The translations under genes and the position numbers were made by a program. A stretch of DNA of 64,000 nucleotides. Source: an uncultured Gemmatimonadales bacterium (GTDB taxonomy: Bacteria > Gemmatimonadota > Gemmatimonadetes > Longimicrobiales > Gaopeijiaceae). Positions 49,367 to 62,723 of this stretch are shown piece after piece. How positions within the stretch are numbered: the stretch's first letter is position 1; every line of letters starts with the position of its first letter. The stretch lies in NCBI GenBank assembly GCA_963823035.1, contig CAWGKG010000014.1:160001-224000 (forward strand), read 5' to 3'. The notes beneath the pieces are model-generated. The model ran no database searches. It had not been told where the DNA came from and saw only the letters and a list, made by a program, of their open reading frames with translations.

Positions 49367-50557
49367 TTACTCCAGGATCTCGGTGACTACGCCGGCGCCT
49401 ACCGTCCTTCCTCCCTCTCGGATGGCGAAGCGTAGCTCCTTGTCCATGGCGATGGGGGTGATGAGCTCCACCTCCATCTGCACGTTGTCCCCGGGCATGA
49501 CCATCTCGATGCCTTCGGGGAGGCGTGCGGCCCCGGTGACGTCGGTCGTCCGGAAGTAGAACTGCGGCCGGTAGCCGTCGAAGAACGGCGTGTGGCGGCC
49601 GCCCTCCTCCTTCGTGAGGACGTAGACCTCGGCCTTGAACTTCGTGTGCGGCGTGATCGCGCCCGGCTTGGCGAGCACCTGGCCGCGCTCGATCTCGTCC
49701 TTCCCGACCCCGCGCAGGAGGAGCCCGACGTTGTCGCCGGCCCGGCCCTCGTCGAGGAGCTTCCGGAACATCTCGACCCCGGTCACGACCGTCTTGCGGC
49801 TGTCGCCCATGCCGACGATCTCGACCTCCTCACCCTGCTTCACGATGCCCCGCTCGATACGTCCCGTCGCGACCGTTCCGCGCCCCGTGATCGAGAAGAC
49901 GTCCTCGACGGGCATGAGGAACGGACGGTCGATGTCGCGCTCCGGCTCCGGGATGTAGGAGTCGATGGCGTCCATCAGCTCCTGGATGCATTCCGCGTCC
50001 GGTCCCTCGCCCCCGGCCTCGAGCGCCTTGAGCGCCGAGCCCTGGATGACCGGAATCTCCTCACCGGGGAAGTTGTACTCGGTGAGCAGCTCGCGGACCT
50101 CGAGCTCGACCAGCTCCAGCAGCTCGGGGTCGTCGACCATGTCCACCTTGTTCATGAACACCACGATGTACGGCACGTTCACCTGGTACGCGAGCAGGAT
50201 GTGCTCGCGCGTCTGCGGCATCGGGCCGTCCGCAGCGCTCACCACCAGGATGGCGCCGTCCATCTGCGCCGCCCCGGTGATCATGTTCTTCACGTAGTCG
50301 GCGTGCCCGGGGCAGTCGACGTGCGCATAGTGACGCTTCGCCGTCTGGTACTCGACGTGCGCGGTCGCGATCGTGATCCCGCGCGCACGCTCCTCCGGAG
50401 CCTTGTCGATCTGGTCGAACGCGACGACGTCCCCGCCGAACTTCTTGGCCTGGGCGATCGTGATGGCAGCCGTGAGCGTCGTCTTCCCGTGATCGACGTG
50501 GCCGATCGTTCCGACGTTCACATGCGGCTTGGTGCGCTCGAACTTCGCCTTGCCCAT
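49367..50557 (-). CDS. tuf: Elongation factor Tu, tRNA-linked copy with canonical switch I
   Basis: [31 protein letters not shown]; intact 396 aa. Confidence 0.98.
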   Translation of the reverse strand: MGKAKFERTKPHVNVGTIGHVDHGKTTLTAAITIAQAKKFGGDVVAFDQIDKAPEERARGITIATAHVEYQTAKRHYAHVDCPGHADYVKNMITGAAQMDGAILVVSAADGPMPQTREHILLAYQVNVPYIVVFMNKVDMVDDPELLELVELEVRELLTEYNFPGEEIPVIQGSALKALEAGGEGPDAECIQELMDAIDSYIPEPERDIDRPFLMPVEDVFSITGRGTVATGRIERGIVKQGEEVEIVGMGDSRKTVVTGVEMFRKLLDEGRAGDNVGLLLRGVGKDEIERGQVLAKPGAITPHTKFKAEVYVLTKEEGGRHTPFFDGYRPQFYFRTTDVTGAARLPEGIEMVMPGDNVQMEVELITPIAMDKELRFAIREGGRTVGAGVVTEILE

Positions 50558-50589
50558 CCTGCGTCCTCAATTCGTTGTGCAGCTTCGAG

Positions 50590-50661
50590 AGCTCTGGGCG
50601 GGGATTGAACCCGCGACCTCCTCCTTACCAAGGAGGCGCTCTACCACTGAGCTACCAGAGC
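50590..50661 (-). tRNA. tRNA-Thr(GGT)
   Basis: GCTCTGG acceptor stem, anticodon arm CCTCC-TTGGTAA-GGAGG, GGTTCAATCC T-arm. Confidence 0.95.
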
Positions 50662-50691
50662 GCCTGCTCCGGCTGGTTTCCACCAGCCGTA

Positions 50692-50765
50692 AGCGGGAGA
50701 CGGGACTCGAACCCGCGACCCTCAGCTTGGAAGGCTGATGCTCTAGCCAACTGAGCTACTCCCGC
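50692..50765 (-). tRNA. tRNA-Gly(TCC)
   Basis: GCGGGAG acceptor stem, anticodon loop CTTCCAA, GGTTCGAGTCCC. Confidence 0.95.
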
Positions 50766-50806
50766 AAACTCGCCGGCGCGACCCAACCTCGCCGTACCCG
50801 ACGTCA

Positions 50807-50889
50807 TGGTGGGGGGAGGATTCGAACCTCCGAAGGCGTGCGCCAACAGATTTACAGTCTGTCCCGTTTGACCGCTTCGGTACCCCACC
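50807..50889 (-). tRNA. tRNA-Tyr(GTA)
   Basis: GGTGGGG acceptor stem, ACAGA-CTGTAAA-TCTGT, long variable arm, GGTTCGAATCC. Confidence 0.95.
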
Positions 50890-51016
50890 GGATGCAGGCA
50901 CCCGAATGGTTGTCGGGGCCACCTCGCCCGCTCTCCCCGGCCGTCGAACCCGGCGATGGCGTGGAAAAGAGCCGCCCCCGGCATGTCAGGAGCGGCCTTC
51001 TCGGAACGAGCTTTGA

Positions 51017-51045
51017 AAGGTAATTGCGGCTTCGGAGGCCATCAA
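51017..51045 (-). promoter_or_regulatory. Sigma70-type promoter candidate upstream of tRNA-Tyr/Gly/Thr and tuf
   Basis: TTGATG (51045-51040), 17 bp, TACCTT (51022-51017). Confidence 0.55.
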
Positions 51046-51084
51046 CCCCCGAAACAGGGATGGTGAGCGGGCTCCCGGTCCGGA

Positions 51085-51157
51085 AGCTGGCGAAGGGACT
51101 CGAACCCCCAACCTGCTGCTTACAAGGCAGCTGCTCTACCAATTGAGCTACGCCAGC
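51085..51157 (-). tRNA. tRNA-Thr(TGT)
   Basis: GCTGGCG acceptor stem, GCTGC-CTTGTAA-GCAGC anticodon arm, GGTTCGAGTCCC. Confidence 0.95.
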
Positions 51158-51271
51158 GAAGGCCGGATAACGATGGCCGGCCCCATCCCCGGGGTCAACC
51201 TCGCGGCGAGTCGTCGGGATTCTCTCAGCGATCCGAGCCAGACTTCGGTTGACCGGCCGGGGGCGCCGGGG

Positions 51272-52705
<1,434 letters not shown>

Positions 52706-52736
52706 GCTTGCTGGTTCGCTGGGGGAAGTCGGTCGC

Positions 52737-53432
52737 TCAGGAGGCCCGGGCGGCGGCGGCCTCGGCGAGCGTCTGCAGCGCCGCCACCGGGTCGGCCGCC
52801 TGCGTGATGGGGCGGCCCACCACGAGGTAGTCTGCGCCGGCGGACACGGCGTCGGCCGGGGAGGCTACCCGCTTCTGGTCTCCCTGATCCGCTCCCTTGA
52901 GCCGGATGCCCGGCGTGACGATCAGCATCTCGTCGCCGATCGCCGGGCGGATCCATCCCGCCTCCACGGCGGACGCCACCACGCCGTCCAGCTCCGTCTC
53001 GGCAGCGAATTGCGCGAGGCGGACGACCTCGTCCCGGATGGAGCGGATCTCCCGGCCCCAGACCTGCTCCACGTCCGAGGGCGTGAGCGAGGTGAGCACG
53101 GTGACGCCGAGCAACCGCACGCGTCCCTCGGCCGCCTCGACCCCGGCGCGAAGCATGGGCCCGCCTCCACCGACGTGCAGCGTGAGGAGCTCGACGTCGA
53201 GCGCCGCCGCGGCGCGCACCGCGCCCGCGACCGTGTTCGGGATGTCGTGCAGCTTCAGGTCGAGGAAGACCCGCTTCCCGCGATCGTGGAGCGCGCGCAC
53301 CACATCCGGCCCGGCGCGCGTATACAGCTCGAGGCCTACCTTGTAGAAGCCGCCGACGTCGCCGAGCAGGTCGACGAGGGACAGCGCTTCGGCGGCGGCG
53401 CCGTAGTCGAGCGCGACGATGATCTCGGCCAT
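52737..53432 (-). CDS. pyrF: Orotidine-5'-phosphate decarboxylase
   Basis: IIVALD, FLDLKLHDIPNTV, TPGIR, LVVGRPIT. Confidence 0.97.
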   Translation of the reverse strand: MAEIIVALDYGAAAEALSLVDLLGDVGGFYKVGLELYTRAGPDVVRALHDRGKRVFLDLKLHDIPNTVAGAVRAAAALDVELLTLHVGGGGPMLRAGVEAAEGRVRLLGVTVLTSLTPSDVEQVWGREIRSIRDEVVRLAQFAAETELDGVVASAVEAGWIRPAIGDEMLIVTPGIRLKGADQGDQKRVASPADAVSAGADYLVVGRPITQAADPVAALQTLAEAAAARAS

Positions 53433-54358
53433 CAGGTCTCCGAGGGGACGGGGTGCGGCGCGACGAGCGCGGACCACTCGGGTACGCCGGCCCGGCGGCC
53501 CCAGCGCTCCAGACCGCGTACGATGCGCGCGGCGGCGCGGGGCTCGGCGAAGGACGCGGTGCCCACCTCGACGAGCAGGGCGCCCGCGCGAGCGTACGCC
53601 ACCGCGTCGTCCGGGGCGCCGACGCCTCCGACCCCCACGAGCGGAAGGTGGGTCACGGCGCGCGCGCGCCGCACGGCGAGCAACCCGGTCGGGCGCAGGG
53701 AGGGGCCGCTCATCCCACCCGCGCCCGCGCCCAGCGTCGGATGGCCCTGCACGCCCAGCAGGATGCCCGGGAGCGTGTTCACCAGCGTGAGGCCGTCCGC
53801 ACCGGCGTCCGTGGCGACGCGCACGCTGTTCTCCAGCGACGGGTCGTTGGGGGCGAGCTTGGCCAGCAGGGGCCGGTCCGTGCGGGCCCGGCATCCCTCG
53901 AGCACGCGCGCGAGGGCATCCGGGTCGAGCGCGAAGGGCGGGCCGCCGCGCTTGGTGTCGTTCGGGCAGGAGAGGTTCACCTCGAAGCCGAGGAACCCGT
54001 CCTCGTCGTCGAAGCCCTCCACGAGCGCCAGGTAGTCCGCGATCGAATGGCCGGCGATGCTCACGAACACGCGCGCGCGGCGGACGTTGTCGCGGATCCA
54101 GGGAAGAGCCTCACGGCGCGCGCCCTCGAGCCCCGGATTGGTGAGCCCGATCGAGTTGAGCATGCCACCCTCGAACTCGGCGACGCGCGGGGCCGGGTTC
54201 CCCCGGCGCGGCTCGGGCGTCACGGACTTGGTGACGAATCCACCGAGGAGGTCCAGGTCGACGACCTCGGCCAGCTCCCGTCCGAAGCCGCACGTGCCCG
54301 CGGCCAGGAGGACGGGGTTCTGGAACGACGTCCCGAACACCTCGGTCTGCAGTCTCAA
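53432..54358 (-). CDS. pyrD: Dihydroorotate dehydrogenase, family 1 catalytic subunit
   Basis: NPVLLAAGTCG, GNPAPRV, MLNSIGLTNPG, EVNLSCPN, LVNT, GGMSG. Confidence 0.93.
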   Translation of the reverse strand: MRLQTEVFGTSFQNPVLLAAGTCGFGRELAEVVDLDLLGGFVTKSVTPEPRRGNPAPRVAEFEGGMLNSIGLTNPGLEGARREALPWIRDNVRRARVFVSIAGHSIADYLALVEGFDDEDGFLGFEVNLSCPNDTKRGGPPFALDPDALARVLEGCRARTDRPLLAKLAPNDPSLENSVRVATDAGADGLTLVNTLPGILLGVQGHPTLGAGAGGMSGPSLRPTGLLAVRRARAVTHLPLVGVGGVGAPDDAVAYARAGALLVEVGTASFAEPRAAARIVRGLERWGRRAGVPEWSALVAPHPVPSET

Positions 54359-55684
54359 CGTGTCCTCATCTCCTGGAGGCGTCGGGCCAGCTCCTCCTCG
54401 AGCGGCTCGAGGCCCGGTGCGGGCTCACCACGGGCCGCCAGAACGTAAGGGCTTTCCGACCTTCCCTCCAAGCGGCCCCTGAGCCACGCGCGTCCGCCCG
54501 CGTCCGTGGTCACGTTCAGGGCGGCGAGCAGAGCCTTCGCCGTCCAGGGGCCGTCGGGCACCTGGTCCGCGTAGGCGAGGTAGAGCCCGCGCGCCAGGAT
54601 CGGGGCGCCCGAGCCGCTCGCTCGCGACCTCGGCGGCGCCGAACAGGCCGAGCGGGTCCGAGAGACCGATCTCGGCCAGGTCGTTCATCTCGCGGAGCGC
54701 CTGCAGGAGGTCCGCGGCCGGAGCCTCGTCCTCGGCCGGGAGGAGCACGGTGAGGGCGTCGCGTATGTCGACCAGGTCACGCGCCCGCGCCAGCTGCCAT
54801 CGGGCGAGCTCGACCCGGGCCTCCACGGCCGCCGGCCCGATCCCGTCCGCCACGCGCTCGACCCCGTCCTGCGCGGCGAGGCTGTCGCCGGCTTCGCGCA
54901 GCAGGCGCGCCCGTTCCAGACGCACCTTCCCCCGGGAGCCCTGGCTCCAGCGCGACGTGTCCGCCGCGGACAGCATGCGCGCCGCCGTGGCGGGTCCCCA
55001 GCGCCCCGAGGTGAGGCGGGCCAGCGCGACCACAGTGTCCGAGCGCTCTCCGGCCTCGGAGAGGGCCAGGAGCCGATCCATCCCCTCCTGAGCGCGTGCC
55101 GGCTGATCGTAGCGCACACCCGAGACGATGCGCTCGATGGCCGCCGACATGCGCACCGAGCCCGATCCCGAGCGCGCCTGGTCGAGGTCCCACCATCCCT
55201 CCTCGCGCTGGCTGCCGTCGAGGAGCGCCCGCCCGCGCCACAGGTGTCCCTCCGCCATCACGGGTCCCGGGCGCAGGGCCTCCAGCCCCGCGTCGAGGAG
55301 GCCGATGGCGGTCGGGAGGTCTCCCGCCTCGACGTACGAAGCCCCCAGGTAGACCTGTGCGCCCGAGCGCACCTGGTCGTCGTCGGTGACGCGCGCGGCG
55401 CGTTCGAGCGCGGCACGGGCGGCGCGCAGATCCCCCATGCGCAGGTACGCGCGCCCCATGAGGAGAAGCGCGTCGTCGGCCCACTCGCCGGTGGGCTCCA
55501 TCCGGAAGGCCTTCGCGCTCTTCGCCACCACCTCCTGGTAGTCCGCCCGCGCGAGGGAGTCCAGCCCTGCCACGCGGTGGGTCTCGCCCAGGTCGAAGAG
55601 CCGTTCGGCGTTGTAGAGGGAGTTGTAGTAGACGCACCCCGCCGACAGCGCGAGGGCCGCCACGAGCCACGCGCCCGGCTTCAT
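54355..55684 (-). CDS. TPR-repeat lipoprotein (apparent +1 frameshift near 54600)
   Basis: Lipobox LSAGC followed by VYYNSLYNA; WADDALLLMGRAY and helical repeats; tail PDGPWTAKALLAA in the adjacent frame. Confidence 0.75.
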
Positions 55685-56887
55685 CGTCCCGCTCCGGTCA
55701 CCCCTCCGGTGCCTGGAGGATACCGCTCGAAGAACTCCGTCACGGCCTTCGCGATCGCCTGGCCGGCCTTCTTCTGGAAGTCGGGGGTCGCGAGCAGACG
55801 CGCCTCGGTGGGGTTCGACAGGTAGCCGACCTCCACGAGCACGGCCGGCATCAGCGCGTTCGTGATCACGGCGAGGGGCGCCTGCTTCACGCCCCGGTCG
55901 GGCCCGGGATGGATGACGGCCACGTCGCGTTGGATCATCTCCGCGAGCAGCGCCGACCAGTGCTGCGTGTCGAGGTTCCTCAGCTCGCGCAGGATGAAGT
56001 CGAGGTCCCCTCCCGCATGAACCCCCTCCTCCTCGTGCCCCACGGGCGCGTTCTCGATCGCGGCCACGCGGCGCTCGTGCTCGGTACGCGCATCCGAGAG
56101 GAAATAGGTCTCGAAGCCGCGCGCCGGTGAGTTGAAGGAGTTGGCGTGCACGCTGATGAAGACGCCCGGGCGCTCTCCCTTCAGCTCCGTGGCCATCGCG
56201 CCACGGTCCCAGAGGGGGATGAACGTGTCGTCGTCGCGGAGGAGGTGCACCTCGAGGTCCGGGACCGACTCCAGCGTGTGGGCGAGCGCGAGCGCGACGC
56301 CCAGGGCCACGGTCTTCTCTTCGATGCCCGGAGCGGCTCGTCGAGCCCGGGTCCTGACCGCCGTGGCCCGCGTCGATGATCACCACGCGCACCCCGTCGT
56401 CCACCGGCGTCGCCGTGCGCTCCGCCGCCGCCCTCGTCAGGGTGGACCCACCTCCGTCGGTCGAGGGCTCGGAGACGGTCAGCAGCATGCGCAGCCCGTC
56501 GAAGGCGTACACGTCGGGCAAGCGGCGCGGGAGGAAGTCGGTCAGAAGCTGGAGGGGGACACGCAGGGCGCCCCCGTCGAAGTACGGCGGGTCGGACAGC
56601 TGGAGGGGCTCCCCGTCCCAACGGAAGAAGGGCGTTCCCGCGCGGAGGTCGATGCGCGTGTCGTGGGGCCCCGCGAGCGTCACACCGCCGTCGTTCGCAG
56701 ATACGCGCCATCCGACCCGAGCCAACTCGGAGGCGGGTACGGCAGCGTATCCGCGCTCCGCGCCGACCACCACCGCCCACTCGCTGTGCCCGTCGCGCAC
56801 GCGCAGGTTCGGGCGCCCCTGGGCGACGAGGTGCACGGGCAGGAGGAGAGCCGCCACGGCGACCAGGAGCGAGGCCGCTGGCCTCAC
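55681..56887 (-). CDS. N-acetylmuramoyl-L-alanine amidase (Amidase_3) with signal peptide (apparent +1 frameshift near 56330)
   Basis: [40 protein letters not shown]. Confidence 0.88.
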
Positions 56888-57357
56888 TCGGCCCCCCGCT
56901 GCGCGGCCACGGCGCGCTTGGCTTCGCGCACCTGCTGCTTCTCCTTGAGCGCGGCGCGCTTGTCGTGGAGCTTCTTCCCGCGCGCGAGGGCGAGCAGGAC
57001 CTTGGCGTAGCCCCGCCTGAAGTAGATCTCCAGTGGGATCAGGGTGAGGCCCTTCTCCTCCACCTTCCCCAGGAGCCTGCGGATCTCGATGCGGTTCAGC
57101 AGGAGCTTCCGGGGACGGAGCGGATCCTCGTTGAAGCGGTTCGCCTGCTCGTAGGGACTGATGTGCAGGCTACGCAGCCAGACCTCGCCCCGGTCCACGT
57201 GCGCGAAGGCGTCCTGGAAGGCGACCTTGCCCTCCCGCAGCGACTTCACCTCCGGACCCTTCAACGCGATCCCCGCCTCGAAGGTCTCCAGGATCTCGTA
57301 CTCGTGGCGCGCCTTGCGGTTGCGTGCCACCACCTTGCGGGCGTCGTCCTCGCTCAC
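56884..57357 (-). CDS. smpB: SsrA-binding protein
   Basis: [36 protein letters not shown]. Confidence 0.98.
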   Translation of the reverse strand: MSEDDARKVVARNRKARHEYEILETFEAGIALKGPEVKSLREGKVAFQDAFAHVDRGEVWLRSLHISPYEQANRFNEDPLRPRKLLLNRIEIRRLLGKVEEKGLTLIPLEIYFRRGYAKVLLALARGKKLHDKRAALKEKQQVREAKRAVAAQRGAE

Positions 57358-57397
57358 GGAACCTCGGCTTCGGTCGGGGGACGGGCCGGAGAACCCT

Positions 57398-58303
57398 TCA
57401 GATCCGTCCGCCCGCGGCGCGCAGGGACTGCAGGCGGACGGCCTTTCGCATCGTGTACACCTGGGCGATCTCGCCGCCCAGAATGAACACCAGGGACTCG
57501 TAATAGATCCAGAAGAAGAGGATGGCCACCGTGGCCAGATTCCCCCACGTGGAGGAGTAGTCCGCGACCCCGGTGGCGTACCACGAGAAGCCCTGCTTCA
57601 GCACCTCGTGGAGGGTGGACGAGAAGGTCGCGGCCACGACCGCGGCCCGCCACGGAATGCGTCGCGCCGGGAGATAGCGGTACACGACCAGGAAGAGCGT
57701 CCAGATGGAGGCGAAGGCGACCGCGGTCCCGAGGAAGAACTCGGCGGCGCTTACCGCCGTCCCCCCCAGCCCGAACACCTGGCCGCCGTACGTGACGGCC
57801 GCCTCGAAGGTGACGGTCACGCCCAGGTTCAGCGTGAGCAGCAGGACCCCGACCACCACGACCTGGATGTCGAACAGCTTGCCGCGCACGATGCCGCGTG
57901 ACTGCGCGATGTCGAAGATCTCCCGGAGCACGACACGCAGCGTGCCCACCAGGCGCGTCGCGAGCCATGCGAAGAACAAGGCACCCAGAAAGGTGAAGCC
58001 CGAGCGGCGCTCGAGCACGCCCGACACGATGCGCCGGACGGCGCCCGACGGATCCACCCCGCCCCTGGTCTGCGGGAGATTGCCCGCGAGCAACGTCACG
58101 ATCGCCTGCACGGGATCGTTCACCTGGGTCGACAGCACGTAGCCCGTGAGCCCGATTCCCAGGAGCGCGAGGGGGATCGCCGCGATGAGGATGTTGAAGG
58201 CCACGGCGCTCGCCATCACGAAGACCTCGTCCTCCAGCACCTTCACCCACAGGCGACGCGCAAACTCCCCCACCCGGTAGCCCCGCTGGTGGGTCGGGCT
58301 CAT
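57398..58303 (-). CDS. YihY/virulence factor BrkB family membrane protein
   Basis: [30 protein letters not shown]...LGGE. Confidence 0.88.
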   Translation of the reverse strand: MSPTHQRGYRVGEFARRLWVKVLEDEVFVMASAVAFNILIAAIPLALLGIGLTGYVLSTQVNDPVQAIVTLLAGNLPQTRGGVDPSGAVRRIVSGVLERRSGFTFLGALFFAWLATRLVGTLRVVLREIFDIAQSRGIVRGKLFDIQVVVVGVLLLTLNLGVTVTFEAAVTYGGQVFGLGGTAVSAAEFFLGTAVAFASIWTLFLVVYRYLPARRIPWRAAVVAATFSSTLHEVLKQGFSWYATGVADYSSTWGNLATVAILFFWIYYESLVFILGGEIAQVYTMRKAVRLQSLRAAGGRI

Positions 58304-58349
58304 GACGCGGCGCTACCGCCGCGAAGCGCCATCGGGGCCGGACGAGGAA

Positions 58350-58386
58350 ACGCCGCGGAGGGAGAAGACGTCTCCCGCCGCGGCGT
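58350..58386 (-). terminator. Hairpin terminator after the YtxH-like gene
   Basis: acgccgcgg/ccgcggcgt outer stem with gggaga/tctccc inner stem, followed by ttcct on the minus strand. Confidence 0.5.
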
Positions 58387-58427
58387 CGAGGGGCAGCGAC
58401 CGATCCCGCCCGGAGGTGGGAAGCCTC

Positions 58428-58856
58428 TCAGGCCTCCTCCTCCGCATCGGCGGGCTCGTCGCCGGCCGCCACAGCCTGACGCGCCGCATCCACGCCGGCA
58501 CGGTAGGCGGCCTTCGACCGCTCCAGCTTGCGCTCCAGATCGTCGCGCGCCTCGCCGGCGGCCTTGCGGCCCGCCTCGACCGCGTCGCGCACGCCTTCGA
58601 CGCGGCTCTGGACGCCCTCGCGTGCCGTATCGAGCCGCTCCTCCAGCTGCTTCTGCGCCTCGCGCATCCGCGTCTCGGCGGCGGACTTGAGCTTGAGCGC
58701 GCGGTCCTTGAGGTCCTGCTGCGTCTCCTCCCCGCTCCGGGGAGCGAGGAGCAGCGCGGCTCCGGCGCCGACGAGCGCGCCGAGGATGAACGCGCCGATG
58801 CCGCTTCCCCCGCCACGCTCGATGACGATGTAGGGTCCTTCGTCCTGCTCACGCAT
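58428..58856 (-). CDS. YtxH domain protein
   Basis: FILGALVGAGAALLLAPRSGEETQ followed by a coiled-coil region. Confidence 0.88.
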   Translation of the reverse strand: MREQDEGPYIVIERGGGSGIGAFILGALVGAGAALLLAPRSGEETQQDLKDRALKLKSAAETRMREAQKQLEERLDTAREGVQSRVEGVRDAVEAGRKAAGEARDDLERKLERSKAAYRAGVDAARQAVAAGDEPADAEEEA

Positions 58857-58923
58857 GGTTTGCCTCCCTTGTGCCTGGAAGCTAATCAGCCGTAGTGGGT
58901 GCCGCGAGGTCGGGCTGCAGGAA

Positions 58924-60318
58924 TCACACCACCCAACGCGGGTCGCCCGGGTCGAGTTCGGGGGCCTCGAAGCCTTCTCGCCCCATGAGGCCGTACGTAA
59001 GCACCTTACCCAGTTCCACCCCGGGTTGGTCCAGCGGATCCACGCCGTAGAGCGCGCCGGCGTACACGGTCGCGATCTGCAGCACCATGAACAGCGCGCC
59101 CAGTGCGCGCGCGTCGACGCGCGGGAGAAGGAAGGTCGCGTTCGGGCGCCCCTCCCGCCGGAGCGCCTCGGCGGTCGCGCGCCGCTCCGCGCTCAGCAGC
59201 CCGCCCAGCGTGTGCCCACCCAGGTAGGAGAGGGCGGAGATCTCGGGGTGGCGCTCCGGGATCGTCACGTCGCCGCCCGGGTCGTCGACCGCGACGAGAA
59301 GCACGACCTTGTCCTGTGGACCCTCCATCAGCAGTTGCAGGAGGGAGTGCTGGTCCGTCGCCCCGACCGCGGCGACCGGCGTGGGCCCGGTCGGCCGCGC
59401 TTCCCCGTCGAGCCCGTGCGCCTTCCCCAACGACTCCGCCCAGAGTTGCTGGAACCAGAGCGCCGTCGAGCGGAGACGGTCCGCGTAGGGCATGAGCACG
59501 TGGATCGGCCGACCCTGCTCGGTGTCGCAGGCGTGCAGCAGCGTGGCGAGGACTCCTGCGGGATTGGCGGACAGGTCGTCCGTCGCGCAGCGCTTCTCCA
59601 TCCACGCTGCGCCCGCGACCAGCGCGCCCACGTCGACGCCACAGATCGCTGCCGGGAGCAGACCGACCGGGGAGAGCACCGAGAAGCGCCCGCCCACGTT
59701 CTCCGGAACGGGGGCGGTGGGGATGCCCTCCGCGTCGGCGATCTGCCGGAGCGCGCCCTTCGACGGATCCGTGGTGAAGAGGAAATGTCCGCGGGCGTGC
59801 GCCTCCCCGACGGTGGCCTCGACCCGGGCGCGCGTGACCAGATACTGCGCCATCGTCTCGGCGGTCGAGCCCGACTTGCTGACGACGTTGAAGAGCACCT
59901 TGGCGAGGTCCAGCCGGTCGAGCAGGCGCTGGAGCGTGAAGGGGTCGGGGTTGTCGAGCACGTGGAGGCGGGGAAAGTGATCCCGCTCGTCGTCCGACCG
60001 CTCGTTCCAGTAGGGGCCGAGCAGTGCGTCGCGCACGGCCACCGTGCCGAGGCCCGACCCTCCGATGCCGAGCACGACCACGTCCTCGAACCACTGGCCG
60101 AAGCCGTCGGCGAGCTCCTGGACGCGGCCGAGCGTGTCCGTGGCGTACGGGAGATCGAAGAAGCCCATGTCTCCCGAGGCACGTCGGCTCTGCACGGCCG
60201 CATGGGCCTCGCGAAAGCGGGCGGCCATCTCACCGGCGAGGCGGTCGGGATCGACCCCTCCCCGCACGTGGGGCGCGAGGAGGTTCGCGTAGTCCAGGCG
60301 CAGGCCGGCGTCAGCCAT
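58924..60318 (-). CDS. pgi: Glucose-6-phosphate isomerase
   Basis: LGIGGSGLG, VSKSGSTAET, VGGRFSVLS, QLWAESLGK, DQHS, DQPGVELGK. Confidence 0.96.
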   Translation of the reverse strand: MADAGLRLDYANLLAPHVRGGVDPDRLAGEMAARFREAHAAVQSRRASGDMGFFDLPYATDTLGRVQELADGFGQWFEDVVVLGIGGSGLGTVAVRDALLGPYWNERSDDERDHFPRLHVLDNPDPFTLQRLLDRLDLAKVLFNVVSKSGSTAETMAQYLVTRARVEATVGEAHARGHFLFTTDPSKGALRQIADAEGIPTAPVPENVGGRFSVLSPVGLLPAAICGVDVGALVAGAAWMEKRCATDDLSANPAGVLATLLHACDTEQGRPIHVLMPYADRLRSTALWFQQLWAESLGKAHGLDGEARPTGPTPVAAVGATDQHSLLQLLMEGPQDKVVLLVAVDDPGGDVTIPERHPEISALSYLGGHTLGGLLSAERRATAEALRREGRPNATFLLPRVDARALGALFMVLQIATVYAGALYGVDPLDQPGVELGKVLTYGLMGREGFEAPELDPGDPRWVV

Positions 60319-61099
60319 CGTCGTGCACCTCGATCGCGAGTCCGTCGTAGGCCGGCTCGACGCCGTCGGGAAGGCGCTCCAGGAGCTCGGCGTGCGTCAC
60401 CCTGTGGGTCAGGTGCGTCAGGTACGTCCGGCGTGCCCCGACCTCGCGGGCCGCCTCCACCGCCTCCTCCACCGTGAAGTGGGTGGGGTGGGAACGGCCG
60501 AACCAGAGCGCGTTGAGCACCAGCACGTCCACGTCGCGAAGGGCGTCCATGGCCTCCGGCGGGAGGCACTTGCCGTCGGTCACGTAGCCCAGGCCGCCGA
60601 CACGGAAGCCGTAGACCCGCACCGATCCATGGGGAACGGTGACCGGAAGGAACGTGCCGCCCAGGATGTCCTGGGGTCGTCCGGGCTCCAGGTCGTGGAG
60701 GTGGATCCTCGGCTTGTGACTGCCCTCGGGCGGCCGCACCGCGTCGTCGAAGATGTACTTGAAGTGGGCGGAGAGCGGGGCGTGGTATTCCGCCCCCACC
60801 CACGCGGGGATGTCCGGGCCGCCACGTACCGTGAAGACGCGCAGGTCGTCGATCCCGTGGATGTGGTCGGCGTGGATGTGCGTGAACCAGATGGCGTCCA
60901 CACGCCGAACCCCGGCCGCGAGCAACTGCAGGCGCAGCTCCGGCGGCGTGTCCACGAGCAACTTCCCTCCCTCGAGCTCGAGCACCGCGCCGTGCCGGGT
61001 GCGTCGGTCCCGGGGATCGCTCGACGTGCACGCGGCGCAGTCACACCCGACGACGGGAACGCCGAACGAGGTGCCGGTGCCGAGGAAGGTGAGCTTCAC
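60311..61099 (-). CDS. Metallo-beta-lactamase-fold hydrolase (PhnP-like)
   Basis: FLGTGTSFGVPVVGCDCAACTS, THIHADHIHGIDD, YVTD, THLTH. Confidence 0.9.
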   Translation of the reverse strand: MKLTFLGTGTSFGVPVVGCDCAACTSSDPRDRRTRHGAVLELEGGKLLVDTPPELRLQLLAAGVRRVDAIWFTHIHADHIHGIDDLRVFTVRGGPDIPAWVGAEYHAPLSAHFKYIFDDAVRPPEGSHKPRIHLHDLEPGRPQDILGGTFLPVTVPHGSVRVYGFRVGGLGYVTDGKCLPPEAMDALRDVDVLVLNALWFGRSHPTHFTVEEAVEAAREVGARRTYLTHLTHRVTHAELLERLPDGVEPAYDGLAIEVHDDG

Positions 61100-61106
61100 G
61101 GTCCGC

Positions 61107-62526
<1,420 letters not shown>

Positions 62527-62723
62527 AGGGGATGGCCCGGAAGACGCGAACCTCGGAGCGGGCGCGGGCAGGGGAGCCCAATCCGGGGCGAAGCAGTCGA
62601 ATTGTCGCGGACCCCGAGGAGGCGGGCAAGCGCACCGGACTTGTGGGGAAGGCACGGGCCCGCTTCTTTTCCGCCCCGGGGCTTACCCTACCCCCGACCC
62701 CATCAGGAGCCCACACGCCCCCC

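Noticed and set aside
50935..50960. GGGTTCGA T-loop-like sequence between tRNA-Tyr and tRNA-Thr, as a tRNA remnant or att site
   Set aside because: The T-stem does not close properly, there is no acceptor or anticodon arm, and no integrase is nearby.
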